From Sphagnum compactum (lineage: Eukaryota), in assembly GCA_965153455.1 (NCBI GenBank), contig OZ234493.1:18342213-18406212 (forward strand): 64,000 nucleotides of DNA, given 5' to 3'. The position numbers and the translations under genes were made by a program. Positions 23,720 to 38,345 of this stretch are shown here, one piece after another (within the stretch, counting starts at the first letter, position 1; each line of letters begins with the position of its first letter). The notes beneath the pieces were generated by a model that saw nothing but the letters and a program-made list of their open reading frames with translations, did not search any database and was not told the origin of the DNA.

Positions 23720-26700
23720 CTTGCGGCACCTACACTGATGACTGGTTGGTCACCTTCAGCTTTCCTTTGAAAGTGTTTTAAATGATGCCACGTGGCACTC
23801 TGAAAATTTAGATTGCGTTTTGAGCCCTCACGCCTACCTCCACACTAATAAATAAAATGGTGAAACCATTAAATGTCACAACAAAAAAAAATTATTGAAT
23901 TTTTTATAAATAGAGAGATCTTAGCCATCCATTTAATCAATTACATTGATTTCAACGGTTTGTTACATCATGTAATTAATCTTGATGGTCTAGATCACAA
24001 TTGAAATTCAATTGCAATATACTTAACCTTGTCCATCGATGGACCGAATTTGTCCACCTTTGTCCAGAAGCCAATCGCCTACCCAAGAAGGCAACCAAAA
24101 TTGTCCACCCATGTCCAGGTAGCGATCAGCCTTGTCTAAGGTTTGTAACTAAATTTTAGTCGGCCTGGTGAACAATCGCCCCTATCCAAAAGTGTGACCG
24201 AAATTGTCCACCCTTGTTTAGGTAACAATTAGCTTTGTCTAAGGTTTGCAACCGAATTTTGATTAGCTCGATGAATCATCACCTTTGTCCAAAAATGCAA
24301 CTGAAATTTTTGACCCTTATCTAAGTAATGATAGGTCTTATCCAAGGATTGCGATCAAATTTTGGTCGAACCAGTGAATGATCACCCCTGTCCAAAAGTC
24401 TGACCAAAATTCTCCACCTTTATCCAAGTAGAGATTACCTTTGTCCAAGGAGTGCAACCAAATTTCAGTCAATTTGGCAAGCAATTGCCTTTGTCCAAGA
24501 ATACGACTGAAATTTTCCACCCTTGTCCAAGTAGCGATTGGCCCTATCCAAGGAGTGCGATCAAATTTCAGTCGTCTTGGCAAGCGATCACCCCTAACCA
24601 AACATGCGACCGAAATTCCCACCGTTGTCTAGGTAACACTCGGCCTTATCTAAGGAATGTGACTGAATTTTGGTCAGCCCAACAAGCAATCATCATTGTC
24701 CAAAAGGTGCCGGCCAAATTTTGGTCATTTTGTGGTAGGATACGAACAAAATTCAATTGCATTAAAATGATGAGAAAGTGCATTTGCAATCAATTTAAAT
24801 TCAAGTTCCTTGACAGAATAAAACCTGAGCATAAATTGGCCACCGCCATCTTATTGTACCATTTCTTCCACCTCTCTCTGTTTACCACAGTGGGTTCCTA
24901 GTCTTTGGTTGCTCTTTGTAATCAATGTGAAGAACTTTGGTGTAGCATGGGAGGTGGGAAAGGAAGGTGAATATGTCACATACTAGGGTGTTCCTTCGCC
25001 TAATTACCTCAACCTTGCAAGACTATGATTACTTCCGGCAATTGTTGCTTGGGAGGTGGGGGTTGTGGGTGAAAGGAGTCAAGGTGTGTGGGTAACATGT
25101 CGGATTCAAGGTCTAAGTGTCCTACCCAATATTTTTCTCGAGACCATACATCCAAGCACTTTTGAGAAGAATCTTCAAGGGAGAAAAAGTCTAGAATTAG
25201 GTCAAATTCTGAAAGATCTTTTCATAAAAAGTAGAAGGTCGCAAGGGAAAATTGGACTAATCTAAAGGCCACTATGGCAGTGCAGAAAGTTGTGATGGAC
25301 TTCTTCTTAGAAAAGGATATAGCTACCTTGATGGTGTTGTATGCTAATTTTTAATTGGAAAGGATTGATCGATACAAGATGACCATGCAAATGTTTTTTG
25401 GGAAGCTTTGAAAGCCTTGAAGTTTGAAGAGGATCGTAATTGCAAGGACTATGCGAGATGGGAGGATTTGAAGCTGAGGGATGCTACTTTCAACTTGGTC
25501 CAAAGGGTGTCAATAATTTACCCATTGAAGGAGATTCTTCCTTCGAAATTCCTTTGTTGCATGAGAAGGTGAAATGGTGGATGGGTTGGTCCAAAATTTT
25601 TGCCAAAAGCAAAACACGATCACTTTCATAGGCAGAGAAAGGGCAAAAGGCAAACTTGAGCCAAGCACAAGGATGAGGGGTCATTTGGGTGCCATCATTT
25701 GCCACCATTGTGCCTACTTTGAATGGTCCAAGTTGGCAAGGTGGACATGGCAAAAATTAGAAAAGTGTAGATTGAAAACTTTGATCAGGTGCCTTTGTAT
25801 ATTGAGTTTGTTGGCAAAAAGTTAAAAATTAAGGATAATTACGAAGCCCGGTGTTGACTTTTTGTGGAGGCATTGGCTTGTTCCACTAATCATTCGGGTG
25901 TCATAAAGTTTTATGCCATCCATGCAAATTCCATGGAGGCATAACAATTGTGATGGAACAAAGGCACGTTTCAGGAAATGTTGAGGTACCATGATAGCCA
26001 AAATCAATCCCTTGACAATCAAGAGCTTTTGTGAGGGGGAGGGCCAAATTTTGAGTCCCACCAATGTTTTGTGACATTTAAATGAGCACCAATGAAATTG
26101 GCATGGGCATTTTCGTGCATCATGAATGCAATCCAATAGTCTAGGACATTACATAATGATTTATCATAAGACAACATCTTGTTGCATTTTTCGTCAGACA
26201 ACCTTTCGGCTGTATACATTGGTGTGTGTGATTAAGAGGAAGCTGGGAGGTTAGGGGAGGATAACATCCCCATATGGAAACCACAATTCAACAATAACTT
26301 CAATGGTGGGTGGCGCCGGAGCTCTTTTATACTTACAGAGAATGAGGTTCTATCAAATCTCTTCGACAAATGGGATTAACACGCCCTCAAATTCTGAAAT
26401 TGGAAACATATTCGATGGGTAAGCTTGCAAAGTTCATATGGCAAGAAGATTTTGAAATGAATATTTTATGGATTCATCAACCATGTCATGTTGTAGGGTT
26501 TAACTTAGAAAGATGTTGGACCCAAATCCCAACATGCGAAAAAATCTACAATCGACTATGAATGTTATCACGGGACCTCTTGACAATTGGACTCCACCAG
26601 AAGAGTGTTATTAACGATCGACATAGTGTTTAGGGTTTATAGTGGTTAAGGTTTAATGACATTTTTCAATAATTGTAGCATAGGAGAGAGTGGATACAAC

Positions 26701-28250
26701 TTTGTTATAGATAATGAAATTTGTATGCACTTTATTATAGATTGGGAATGAAGTGCATACAAATTTCACCTTACCTTAAGTTTGGAGTTCACATTATTCT
26801 TTTCAATTTTATTAGTTTCGATTTTTTGTCTCATTTTTGTATCATTTATGTAACATTCCTTGTTACGTCTTATTTATATAATATTCATTATTGTGTTTTA
26901 GGTTTGTAATTTTCTTTCTTGATCTCATTTATGTAATTTGAATTTAGTCTTATTGTTGGGTCCCTGTGTGGATAGGGGACCCAAGTCACCTAGCTTGATT
27001 TTTCAATGGAAATTTTTTTCACATCCAAGCCAATTGAAAAAAAATGAAATGAATTGCCAAAGGACAAAGCCAAGGTTGCCATCTCCACAAATTATAATGT
27101 CTAGAGATTGGATTTTGGTCCAAACTAAATGGCAACCGAATTTCGGTCATCAAACATTGCACCTTGTCTAGAAGGAAACCTGGACCCAATCCAGCTTGCA
27201 ACATATTTCGGTCACCATGTGGATAGGAGTTTGCAACTGAAAATCAGTTGCAACTTGGACTGGGAGCGATTAAAAATAAGTCACGATTTGGGCCAAGAGC
27301 GATTAAAGTTCTCCAGTTTCCCTGTCAAGCTTGCGACCAAAAATGGAGAAGTTCGGTCTTAAGCTACACAGGTTAGTCATTTGTCCAGCATATATGCAAA
27401 ACTTCAATCCTAAGCTGGATAGGTCAATTGTCCAAGATGTGACTGAAGTTTCCATTTTTGGTCGCAGCAATCCCTTAATAAAGTTACAATCAAAAGTGGA
27501 GAACTTCGGTCACATCTTCAACAAGTCACCCCCTTGTCTAGATTGCGATTGAATATGGAGAAGTTCGATTGTAAGCTGGACGAGTCAATTGCCTCCAGCT
27601 TGGGACCCAACTTGTCTATGTTCGATCACATGATACATGGTGGCACTATGTACCTTGTGACCGAAAGTGAACAGGCTTTATCGCAATCTGTCCATTTTGC
27701 CAATCGAACTTATCCATTTTCGGTCATATTTAGTTTTTTTTTTCAACATGTGAGGACTATGGTGGTGTGAGCAACTATTGCCTTACACTTGGAAGAAAGT
27801 GGTGGATTCTTTGAGGCTGGTGAAGTTCAGATCCTTCAATTGTTTAACAATTGTTGCCGAATTTCATCGGTTCCGCCTCTTTGATATTCACCATACCCAT
27901 TCCCAATTAGCATTTAATTTACATTACAAGTATTTGAAATCGACTACAAGTCATAAACCTTAGGCCTTTAAAACTAATACTAAAAACTATTGTAATTAAA
28001 AAAAATAGTAGATAGACTTTTAGGGATGGGATGGTGGACTTGGGGGATGAAGGAATTGATCCAATGGTTGGGCTAGGGCCTTTTCCAAGAAAGCAAGCGA
28101 AAGGCGAAAGGCAGAACCCAAATAGGGAAATATTGGAAGATCTTAATCAGTTGGCACACAATGGATGTACCTAGCCCTTGGACGCATTATGTGGCAAGCC
28201 AATATGTCGATTTGTGTCACATTGACAAATTTTGGCTAGTGTAGAGGCAT
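23720..28250. mobile_element. Degenerate TIR DNA transposon with mirror-image subterminal repeat arrays
   Basis: Units like cttgtccaaggantgcgaccgaa fill 24030-24730, and their reverse complements (ttcggtcg/cac...tgga(c/t)a) fill 27010-27730. Weak outer TIR ggcacctacact / agtgtagaggca; decayed coding-like core. Boundaries are approximate. Confidence 0.55.
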
Positions 28251-29892
28251 GACACTCATGTCAAAAACAATGTAGCCCATTTTAGTAACTATAAAGACCA
28301 TCGTATGAAATCGCAATTGGTGGGTGTCAATGTGGCTATTTGGGGGACATGGCCATATTCAAGATCCGGGCTACATGCTATGAACAAACATTAGGAATTA
28401 CAAGTTAAGTCATGATCAAATTTTTAACCTAGTCAAAATCAAACCTATGTCCAACAAGTCCTTTGTTATTGGAGGGATTTTCAAAGTGGTACACTGTGTT
28501 ACACCCTAGACCCTAAACCCTTTCTTCCATGTTCTCTTGTGCAATAGTTTGTTTGAACTTTGTGCCAACCTGCCTATCTCTTGATTGAGCTAAGCAACAC
28601 CTATGTTCCTTGACTTCTTCCTACAATCTAAAACTCTACATGATCTAGATCTTCCATCTCCTGGAGCATGAATGTGGGCCCTTTTTGCATTACATGTTTA
28701 TTTCTTGTTTTGGATTCTTTGTAGTTATATTATGTAGATCATTAGAAGTTTAGTGAAACTGGAGAAGGTTTTGCAATTGTGTTTGAGTTGTTTTATAGAT
28801 TTGTTATATAGCTCACTAGGAGGGTTATTGTTGGAGGTCAAATGCCATGGCTCTTAATGTAGCTTGGGATGTTGAGAACAAAGGTTTAAAAACAGGGGGG
28901 TAGATGTATTGAGTTTGACAGAGAAAGAGGTGCCAACTTCCCAGATTGAAGAAGTGTTTGGGCCCAAATTTTCAAAAAATGGCTATAATTATGATAGGAG
29001 ATTTTCTACTAAAGTAGCAAAAAGGATTCTTGAGTTGTACACAAAGGTCATAGGGAAGTGCAAGGTGAAAAATGGGCAAATTAATAAGAGTTTTGCTCAA
29101 GGTGTGATCTACTAGTTCAATTATGATGTTGAATTAGATTAGGCAAAGTATGTAGTTCATCATAACAAATGTGTTTCAGAGTTGAAGGAAATGAAGGTAG
29201 CCAACATGGTTCGATGAGTGGAAACTAGCAACGTATGCAAAGTGAAACGAGGTCCATGATTGTCTAGTGGCAAGTGTGTGAAAAATGAGCGTGGAGTTGT
29301 TGCTCATGCTCAAATGCAAAAGAGCAATCGTGTTCAAAATTTGAACAAGTTGGAGAAAACCAACAAACTATTTGAATGGGCACATGTGTTGTTTTAAATA
29401 AAAAATCAAAATTTTCTTAGCACACATGAGATTGTAGAGTTATGGTAAAAATTATTACCCCTCCCTTAAAGGTCCTGAGATTCAAACCCTTTTGAAATGA
29501 AAATGAGCCAAAAACCAGTTTTTACTGAGATCCAAGGGTTATGTTCTTCTGGATTTCTGGAAACTAGTTAGTTCTCTCCAACTGGGGAAAAAGATTCATA
29601 GACAGTTGAGGTGATTCTTAATTAAAACTTATTCCAAGAAGTGGAACTGGCAGCTCTCAAAAAAATGAGAACCGCCCCCACACTAATGATTATCCTTCAC
29701 CTTCAATGAACCATGATTGTTTTAAAGCTGAAACCTATCACCATGCAGCACCCCACCTTAGAGTATCATGACTCATGTATCCAGATCACATGGTGGCCAC
29801 CAATATTCACTGTTCATCACTAGTCAGGTATCATAGTCTGTGTACAAAAAGTTCAGCAGTTTGTCACTCTTACCATTTTTTGGGTGGACAAT

Positions 29893-30318
29893 ATAGAGTT
29901 ATCGGTAAAGGAAGACAAACAAAGCACCAGAACCCTGAGTTTGAGTTTGGTCATACACAGGGTGAGATTCCCAAAAAACCTGCAAAAAAGTACATTAGCA
30001 TTCAAGGGGGCAGGGGGGGACGGGGGTGAAACTCAGAAAACCATCAATTTTAGTGGTAAACTGAGGTTCAGCCTGTCTTTCCTTTTTCCTGAGCGCCTCC
30101 ACTGCTGCTGCTGCATATATTTTCACTGCATTTACCTGTACGATTACTATAATTAGTCTCGAACCATGTGCATTAAATGCTCAGTTTCAGCCTTTTTTAC
30201 CGAGTTGCAGCATTTCGTACTGAGATTTAATAAAATGTCCTTACTTTGCGGATACCACTGACAGAGGGGATGGGGGTGGAATGAGGCCCAAAGAAAGTGT
30301 GAAGGACAGGGTTACTTT
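29893..30318 (+). repeat. Dispersed repeat, copy C (longest)
   Basis: Colinear with copy B and the reverse complement of copy A. Confidence 0.88.
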
Positions 30319-30699
30319 ACAGATGACTGGTACAAATTTTAATTCATCACATGCTGGAAATGTTGGATGACCAGCTAAATTAAATGGGTCTGCAATTGCT
30401 CATGTCTTCTCTTAAAAATCGTTGGGTCTGGGCATGTTGCATTGTGAAATAAGTTAGATTGGGTATGTTAGTGCTTTCCAAAGGACCAAAAATTGTATTG
30501 TAATGTATTGTTCTCCAAAGAAAACGATGCTGATAAAAGACAAGAAAGAACGGTTCTTCAAGGCAAGTTGATCATGGTGTGAATATATTGTGTGAAACCA
30601 ATATGGATCTGCAAGCAGATGTCCTTGTAGGAGTAAGACTTGGGGAGGCATGGAGTGTGGCCCTTTTTTACCGTAAAGACAAGTTGGTGTTTATAATAA

Positions 30700-31177
30700 C
30701 GAGTGTTGTGACCCGTGGCTACGTCACTCCAGCCACCCATGGCACCTCGCCCGGCCCCCCGCAGTGGCTGCCCTGGCCGCTGTTTTTTTTGGCCTCTCTG
30801 AGGATCTCGTTTCAAGACCCTAACGACGAGTTTTCTCTCTGAGGACCTCGTTTCAGGTCCCCAACGATGGGTTTTCTTTTTGGGAACCTCGTTTCAGGTC
30901 CGTCTCAAGGTCTGGATCGGGTACTGAGAATCTCGATTCAGGTCCTTTACCGAGGATTTTGGTCACTTCGGTTCAAATCCTCGAAGGTTTTGAGGACCTC
31001 GCTCGTTTCAAGACCTCATCTTTTTCTTCTTCTTCTTCTTGGGGATGTGGTTTAGGGGTTTAAGATAGACAGACGGACGAGATCTGGGTTTCAAGACCTC
31101 GACAGACGAACAGACGAGATCTGAGTTTCAGGACCTCGACAGACAAACATACATCACGTTTGCTTTAATTAGATAGA
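30700..31177 (-). mobile_element. Complete non-autonomous Helitron (478 bp)
   Basis: The - strand starts A|TCTATCTAATTAAAGC followed by gtttgtctgtc microrepeats. It ends with the hairpin-like gtgacgtagccacgggtcac then aacaCTCG|T (a CTRR variant). Inserted between A and T without TSD. Confidence 0.7.
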
Positions 31178-34100
31178 TAATAATCATCATCAGATGCTCC
31201 ACAGAGAACAGGCAGTGACTGGAAGAATCTTCCAAGCACTGCCCAATTTTTGTCCACAGAGACAGACACCACGTTTGCTTTTATATATAAGATTGAGTCA
31301 ACTAGTGAGAGTTTGATAACAGTTGGCATGCATTCCTTTTCCCTCCAAAAGTGAAGTCGCCTCATTGGCTTACTATATTTGCTAGCTTGGGACCTTCTGA
31401 TTTCTAACTACAGGAGCCGAATTTTCTTCTTGTCCATACTTAAAAAAGAATCCATCCTAAGCTGGATAACGTCATAAGCCTGGGGGAATCAACATCTTTA
31501 CACCTTTAACATAGACTTCCACATCCCCTATACCCCTCCACCACCCCTGTAGGAGGGTAATTGCCCATGCAGTTTCCTCTACCCAACTTTGTTCGAAAAG
31601 GTTTGTCCTTAGTTTGTAGTCTGGAGTGGAAATGAAATATTCTTCTGAATGTCACAACCTTGGCTGAAAATTGAACTTGAATTTGGGGGCCTTCCCCAAG
31701 CATAATTTCCCGCTCCAGGCTTGAAATGATTTTGAATATTTCCACTGTTGACAATGTTCCCCAATTTGCAATGTTACAGCTAGGGTTCAAATTCGTGTGC
31801 CCCACACCGGAACTCCAATGGTTTTTGTGAAATTGCATAAGAATAGAACAATAGAACTAGCCTTTTGTTGGCTTTGTCCTACATGTCTTATAGAGGCATC
31901 ATCATGGGAACTTAGATTGAGGGGATATAAAGGGTAGAGAATCAAAAGTTGACTTAATGAATAAGGTTATAAGTTTAGGTGCAGGTTTGAAGGAAAAAAA
32001 GTTGAGTGAGGTGAGATAAGGTTATAGATAAAAATTTAAAAAGAAATGAGGGAAGAATGGGGTTGAGACTTCTTTCCCCTTTTTTTCAAGAGTTGTTTCT
32101 TGGGTGGGGTGGAGTTGAGGTGATTTTTTCCCCTTTTTTCTCCCCCTTTCCAAAGGGGGTTGGGAGGTATGTTTTAGGTAGAGTTGAAGATTTTTTTCCC
32201 CTTTCCAAAAGGATTTTTTCTTAGGTGGCATGGTGAAGAGGGAGGTTTGGTTGTTTCTAATGAGGAGATGGACCAAGGCCCTTTAAAATATGTTAAATCA
32301 TTAGGGAAATAAGCTTACTGTTTTTGAAAGGAAAAGAAAATCTTTAAATTGAATGCAATTCATGTTTATGATCAATTTGGTGCAATTTTGTAACAAATGT
32401 TTTTTCTTTTTGTTTGGTCTTTCCTTGGAAAGCTAACGAACTCTAAACCCATTAACTTGATTTAATGAAAAATATTATTTCAAGCTGGAGCCTTTTGAGG
32501 CAAAGCTATTTGTCGGAATCAAAATTGTGAAAAACAAATGTTAGACCTAATTTCAGTTTCTTAAAGTAAGTGAGTTGAACTTTTTTTCAAAAATTGACAA
32601 TTCGACTAAACTTTATAGTCAAACACGATTAGTTTTAATTCAATGTAAGACTCATTACATGTACAATCCTGAAGTTTTGTTAGGTTTTTAGGTTAGACTT
32701 CATACTTGCATAATCTCCAATATTGGGGATTGTGTAGTGTATACATGAAACTAAACTTTGGTTTTCAAAATGGGCTCAAAAGTTTTAAGTTTATCAATTT
32801 GAAAGAATGCGCCAAGATCAAAAGCACATGATTTACAAAATTTAATTCCAACCTACACTTGGAGAGCCTACCAAACATATTTAGATGTTGAAACCTAGAC
32901 CAAAGATTTTCTTAAAAAGAAAAACTAACAAATAATGGTAATTTTCCTTAGAGTAGAGGTGTTTTTTTTTCTAGGACAAAAGTTTGATTGTTCATTTTAG
33001 TGCACTCAGCACTGAAGCTAAAGAGCTTCTAGGTTATTATGTTAAGCAAGGCCCTACTATCAATGCATTAACCATTGGACTTTAGGATGCATGCTCGATT
33101 CCCAAGACAGATTGCTCTATAAGAAAAGCCTTCATTGATATATAACACATAAAAGCATGCCCTTAAAGTTAAATGTGAAGGCCAACTCATGGATATATGT
33201 AATTGTGGAGTTTCCATCTTGGTTAATTTGAATTTAAAACATTCAAGCACTATGCTAAAATTGCAAGCACAACAAACAACACCCAAAAAAAAAAAAAAAC
33301 CTTGTATTAACAAAATTAACCAAACATAAATGGGTTTGCATTGCAAGTTCAAAAATCCAAAGATGAAATCATTCAACTTAAAACTTTTTTTTGACTTAAC
33401 ATAAATGATGACTAACAATTTATTGAATCACATTAGAAGTTTTTTTTTTGGGTTGCAACCAATCAATTTGTGATTACATACAACTAGTTGTGATTTTATA
33501 AATATATTGGATCATTTTACAATCACAAATTTTATCACATCAACCTTTTCACCCCTATACAATCATGTATTGCATCTAATGATGTATGTTGCCTACCACA
33601 TAAATCATTCTTTGCTTTCTTTGAAATCCAAATGAACCCCATTAATCTCCCTTTTACTCACATGTTTGGTGACCAATGTGATATGAACCTATTACACCCA
33701 TCTACCCTACCTAGCTAAGCATGTGCCCATCCCTTCTTTATTTAATCGTGAAATACATCGTTTATTAGGCGGCTATCTCCCTTCTCTAAACTTCGATGCA
33801 CATTGAGTTGGTAAGGGAAATAAACCAAAAGAATAAACTAACCTTAACCTTGACCCATTCTCACGAAAGGAGTAAGATAATTAAACCTAGTTGTTCACTC
33901 TTGGGACCTGGAGTGGATGTCGGCCTAAACAAATTTAGGTGATATGCTGATGGAGAAAGCATGCACCCAAGAGGCCTGCTTTTCTTTTCCCTCCTGTGCA
34001 ACTTTAAAATGCTATATACATCAACTTCAATTCTTTTTGGCTTTTCCTTTCAACTGATGGGTTCAATTTTTCCCTTTTGTTCAGTCAAATAAATTGGATG

Positions 34101-34387
34101 TGCTATGCAAAGTCATAACGACTAAGAAATGAGCAAAATTTCTTTTCATTACCCCCTTAAATTGACACTTGACAAATATATTAGACAACAGGTTGCATTT
34201 GGTGAGAAGGGCATCTCATATTGCTTTCTATACCCAAAGCCAAATGGGTTTTTAGTTCGTCTGAAAATGCTGTATTGGGGTACATTATAAAGTGAAACAC
34301 CAATATTGAGAAATCTGGCCAATTTATGATGATGCTTGGGACTCCAGTTTAGGAAGGGATCTCGCACGCAAGACTCTCTCATGACTT

Positions 34388-35351
34388 GGGCACATGCACA
34401 TCTCAGCCCCCACTTTGCCCCTAACTTTTGCCCTCACTTTGCTCCCAAAACTTCAGAAAAGGGCAAAACTGGCACGTCCTTTTTTGAGCAACATGTTGGC
34501 AGTTTCAATAACTCCCAATTTAGGCAGAGATAAATACTGCCCTTTTTTATTTAGAAAAGATAAATATAAGAACTCTTTTTATCATATTAGGGTTTAACCG
34601 ACATTCATATTTAGGATTTTTTGTTGTTGTTTGGGTTTTAGCATTTTGAGCTCTTAACCAAAATTGATTAAGAACCCTAACTTTAATACATAATTTTTAT
34701 ATTAGAGTTACACTTATATATTACATTTTATATCATACAAAGACAAATTCAAAAAAGCTAAAAAAAAATCATTTCAAAACAACCATAATATATACACATA
34801 TAAAAAAATTATAAATTCAAAAAACAAAATCCAAAAATTGGTGATAATAATTCAAATATCAAACACATACCAATGTAAGAAGTGTTGCTGGAGTTTCAAG
34901 TGTTATTAAAAAAAAGAGTTTTTAAACTGTGAAAAGTCTCAAATACTGTCCTAGACAGTTGGTAATGATTTTGTACTGTGATGAAATTTTATAACAATTT
35001 AATTTTACCATTATTATTGTACTTCTGTCACCTGAGCCGCAGCGGCTGCTGCAGCCTAGGCTGTTAGCTGCCGCCGTGAGACTTTACTTCCATGCCCAAG
35101 GGCGTGCGTCAGCGGTGGGCAAAATGGGAGGTTGCTATCAAAGCCCCCCATTCGCCCCTTTAAGCTGTGCAGGTGCCTAGCTAAGAAGTTTTCATCATTA
35201 TGGAAGTGTGGAGTAAGGTTTGGCAGCTTTGCAGCACCATCCTTGTCAAGTACACCTCTTGCACCCTGCACCCTTCCTTCTCCTGCATCCTTATACACTT
35301 ATTTTGAGTTTTGTTAACATAAACATGTTTAGGGCTGAGATATAAGTACTC
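34388..35351. mobile_element. Non-autonomous TIR element, possibly Sola-like
   Basis: Termini gggcacatgcacatctcagccc / gggctgagatataagtactc (reverse complement gagtacttatatctcagccc). Flanks actt / attt resemble a 4-bp TSD with one mismatch. Confidence 0.5.
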
Positions 35352-37899
35352 ATTTTGAGAGCATTGAGGGTGGTGTAAGCTCTGAAAGCCAATATCTTTG
35401 TAGACACAATTTGTAAGTTCTGTGAAAAATTACAGATTTTGCGAAAAATTGGTAAATGCTTGAGGACCCTTCAAGCTGTCCAGTCTCTAGCTCATATTAT
35501 TATTGAAAATTTCGGTATTTTTCTGGAAGCTAGGCCAGGAAAGGTAGGGTGCACCAGTGGAGCTGTTGTAACGGAGTCCTCACTCGAAAAGGTGAAAGTA
35601 ACAATGTATACATTGGTATAGGTGCTGGTCAGTGTTTTTTTAAGGAATATTCATTTGTAGCCAAAGTGGCAATCATGCATAGGAGAAGATGTAGAATTTT
35701 TTTAATATCATCATTAGGAAGATTTAGGCAAACTTGGCTAGATGCCAGATATCTATATTTTTGGCTACACACTAAAAATAAAATAAAATCCAGCAGTTTT
35801 TATTACTTTTTTTCCTCACTTGTGGTGGTTCAAAACCTCCAATAGCACTTAATTTTTTGATGTTGAATTTTGAATTCTCTTTTTGACAAAATTATGCTTT
35901 ATAAAAAATGACTGGTGCTGGTTCACTTGCAGGCAACTCAGATCCCATGACATTTCTTTTGTGCACAATAAGTACTGGAGGTGATGTATGTGAACAGTGA
36001 ACCCAATTTTTTGTTATTGAAAATACCCTCAATACACTTGAATTATAGACTTCCATCAATGGTCATTGTGGAGGAAGCAGTGGCAAAAATGCTCACAAAA
36101 TTAAGGTCATTGTTCAAATAGAAATTTTCTATGAACTATCTATGAACTGGCAACTTGTAGAATCATGAAGTTGAGGGGTACATGTTTGGGTTATCACCGT
36201 TGGAGGTAATTTGGAGCAGTAATTTACTGGAGTTTTGTTCAGTTCAAAATCCATTCCATTTGTATTCATTGGGTGCATTTCAAAAAACCTTATTTAAAAG
36301 TCAATTACAACTTGTATGTGTACATTAAATCCACAAGCTTGTTGATGACATCTTTAAATTTTTAACCTGTAAATATCCATTCCCTCACCCAAAGTCTTGC
36401 AATTTGTTGTCGGCTTTACAAACCTGTCAAAATAAAAAACAACAACAATAATGAACATAATGATAAATCTGTAATATGTATGAGGAGAACCACATGGCAA
36501 AGGTTGCAGTTTGTGTTTTCAATGATATTTTTCAGCATGAATAGTAATTTCTAAAAATTTCTTATCTCTTGAAATTTTGGTTGATGGCATAGTTGTTCAT
36601 GAAAAACTTGTTCAATTGATTTCCTTGTTGTCATGTTTTATGATAAGTTTCACTGCCTAAATTGCAAAATTTGTATATATTTTTTGGGCAAAGTGTTTGG
36701 CATGCAATATATCCCAAAACATTAATTCACCTATGAAAAATGAGTCTAACTGAGGAAGGGAAATGGAACCTCAGTAGTCAACCTATTCCTATCTGTTAGA
36801 GTTTTGTGGACTCTTTCACATAATGTAATAATGGAACCTCGACAGGCAGCCTATTGAAACTTTCTGTACTCTTTTATGTGATGCAAAAGTTTCAACCCAG
36901 AAAGATGGAGCCTTTATTGCTATTTTATCACATATCTTTTGCAGGAAAAGCAAGGCTATCCTGAATCCAAAAGGATAGTCAAATATGGAGTTCATTGGTG
37001 TATGGAAAGTCATGGGGATGATCATCAATTAAAAAGCAATATCATGATCATCAATTTGAAAGCATATTAAGAATTCCAAGTTGCAGCACATTAAGATCCT
37101 CAATTAATATACAACATAATGATCATCAATCTTAAATCAAACATAAGAAAATTCAAATTTTCATTATTAAGAACCAGTGTTTTGTTTCTTTCATTTTTGT
37201 GATGTGCCACTGGTGGCAATCATAGCACCAAAGTTTAGCATGAGTGGTGATGATCCCATAGAAGATTTAAGCTTAATAGGCATTGAAGGTTTTTTCTTTT
37301 TTCACAAGGGCTTGTATGACGGGCATGGAAATGAGTATTAAACCCGGGCATGTGCATTAAAAAGTATTATCATAATTGACATCATTTTCAAGTATTTTTA
37401 AAAAGGAGGAGTCCAAGACAAATTTGGATGTCAGAAATGATCACATAGAACTTGTCTAAGTATAAATGGCCTCTAGCATAAAAAATGTGTTTAGAAAGCT
37501 GGACGTATATGTTGTAATCTTGCTTCAATCACTAACTACTAATTACCAAACTTAATGTAACTAATGTAACTAAAAATTGCAACCTAAGTGGTGCACCAAT
37601 TTGGATCTGTTGATGCTCGATGCCATAAGAACTAGCTAGCTCCTTGAGCTTTAGCTCGTGCAAAAATGACATTCAACTTCCACAATAGGTGCAAAGTGCA
37701 CTCTCACACTCTTTTAAGCATACATACAAGCAAGCAAAAACCTTCAAGCAAACATGCATTCAAGTTCATACAAAAATTGATGTTGCACATTGAGTTTCAC
37801 TCAACATAATCACATCAAAGTATTCTACAATTCAGCAACTTTGCATCAACATTGCAAAAATCAAACAAACAATTGCACCACAAACCCAAATTTGCACAA

Positions 37900-38345
37900 A
37901 TCATGTACATTCAATTTGAGCTAGGGCAATGAGTTGGACGCTTGCTGAAACAGTGGAAGTAGAAACACATTCAGTTGGACTTAAAATAGTGGGAGCATAA
38001 ATACAAAATCAATTGGACTTGAAACAATGAGAGCAAAAACACATTCAATTTGGACCTAAAATAGTGGGATCATAAATACAAACTCAATTGGACCTAAAAC
38101 AATGAGAGCATAAACACATTCAATTGGACCTTAAAACAATGGGAACAGAAACATAGATTCACAATTGACATAGAATCAAATGGAACCTTGCTAAAATAAT
38201 GGGATCAAAATCACAACCATTCAAGAACCAACAACACACATAAAATCAATTGGACATTATTGAAACAATGGGAGCAAAAACACAACCATTCAAGAATCAA
38301 TTGGACCCTTACTAAAATAATTGGACCAAAAACAAAATCATTCAA
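37900..38345. repeat. Degenerate tandem subrepeats (about 36-38 bp)
   Basis: Recurrent caattggac(c)t(t)aaaa(c/t)a(a/g)tg(g/a)gagcataaa units. Confidence 0.75.

Noticed and set aside
36049..36978. Three exon-like segments on + (36049-36105, 36161-36205, from 36945)
   Set aside because: Weak donor, a 55-nt intron and no recognisable protein in either open frame.
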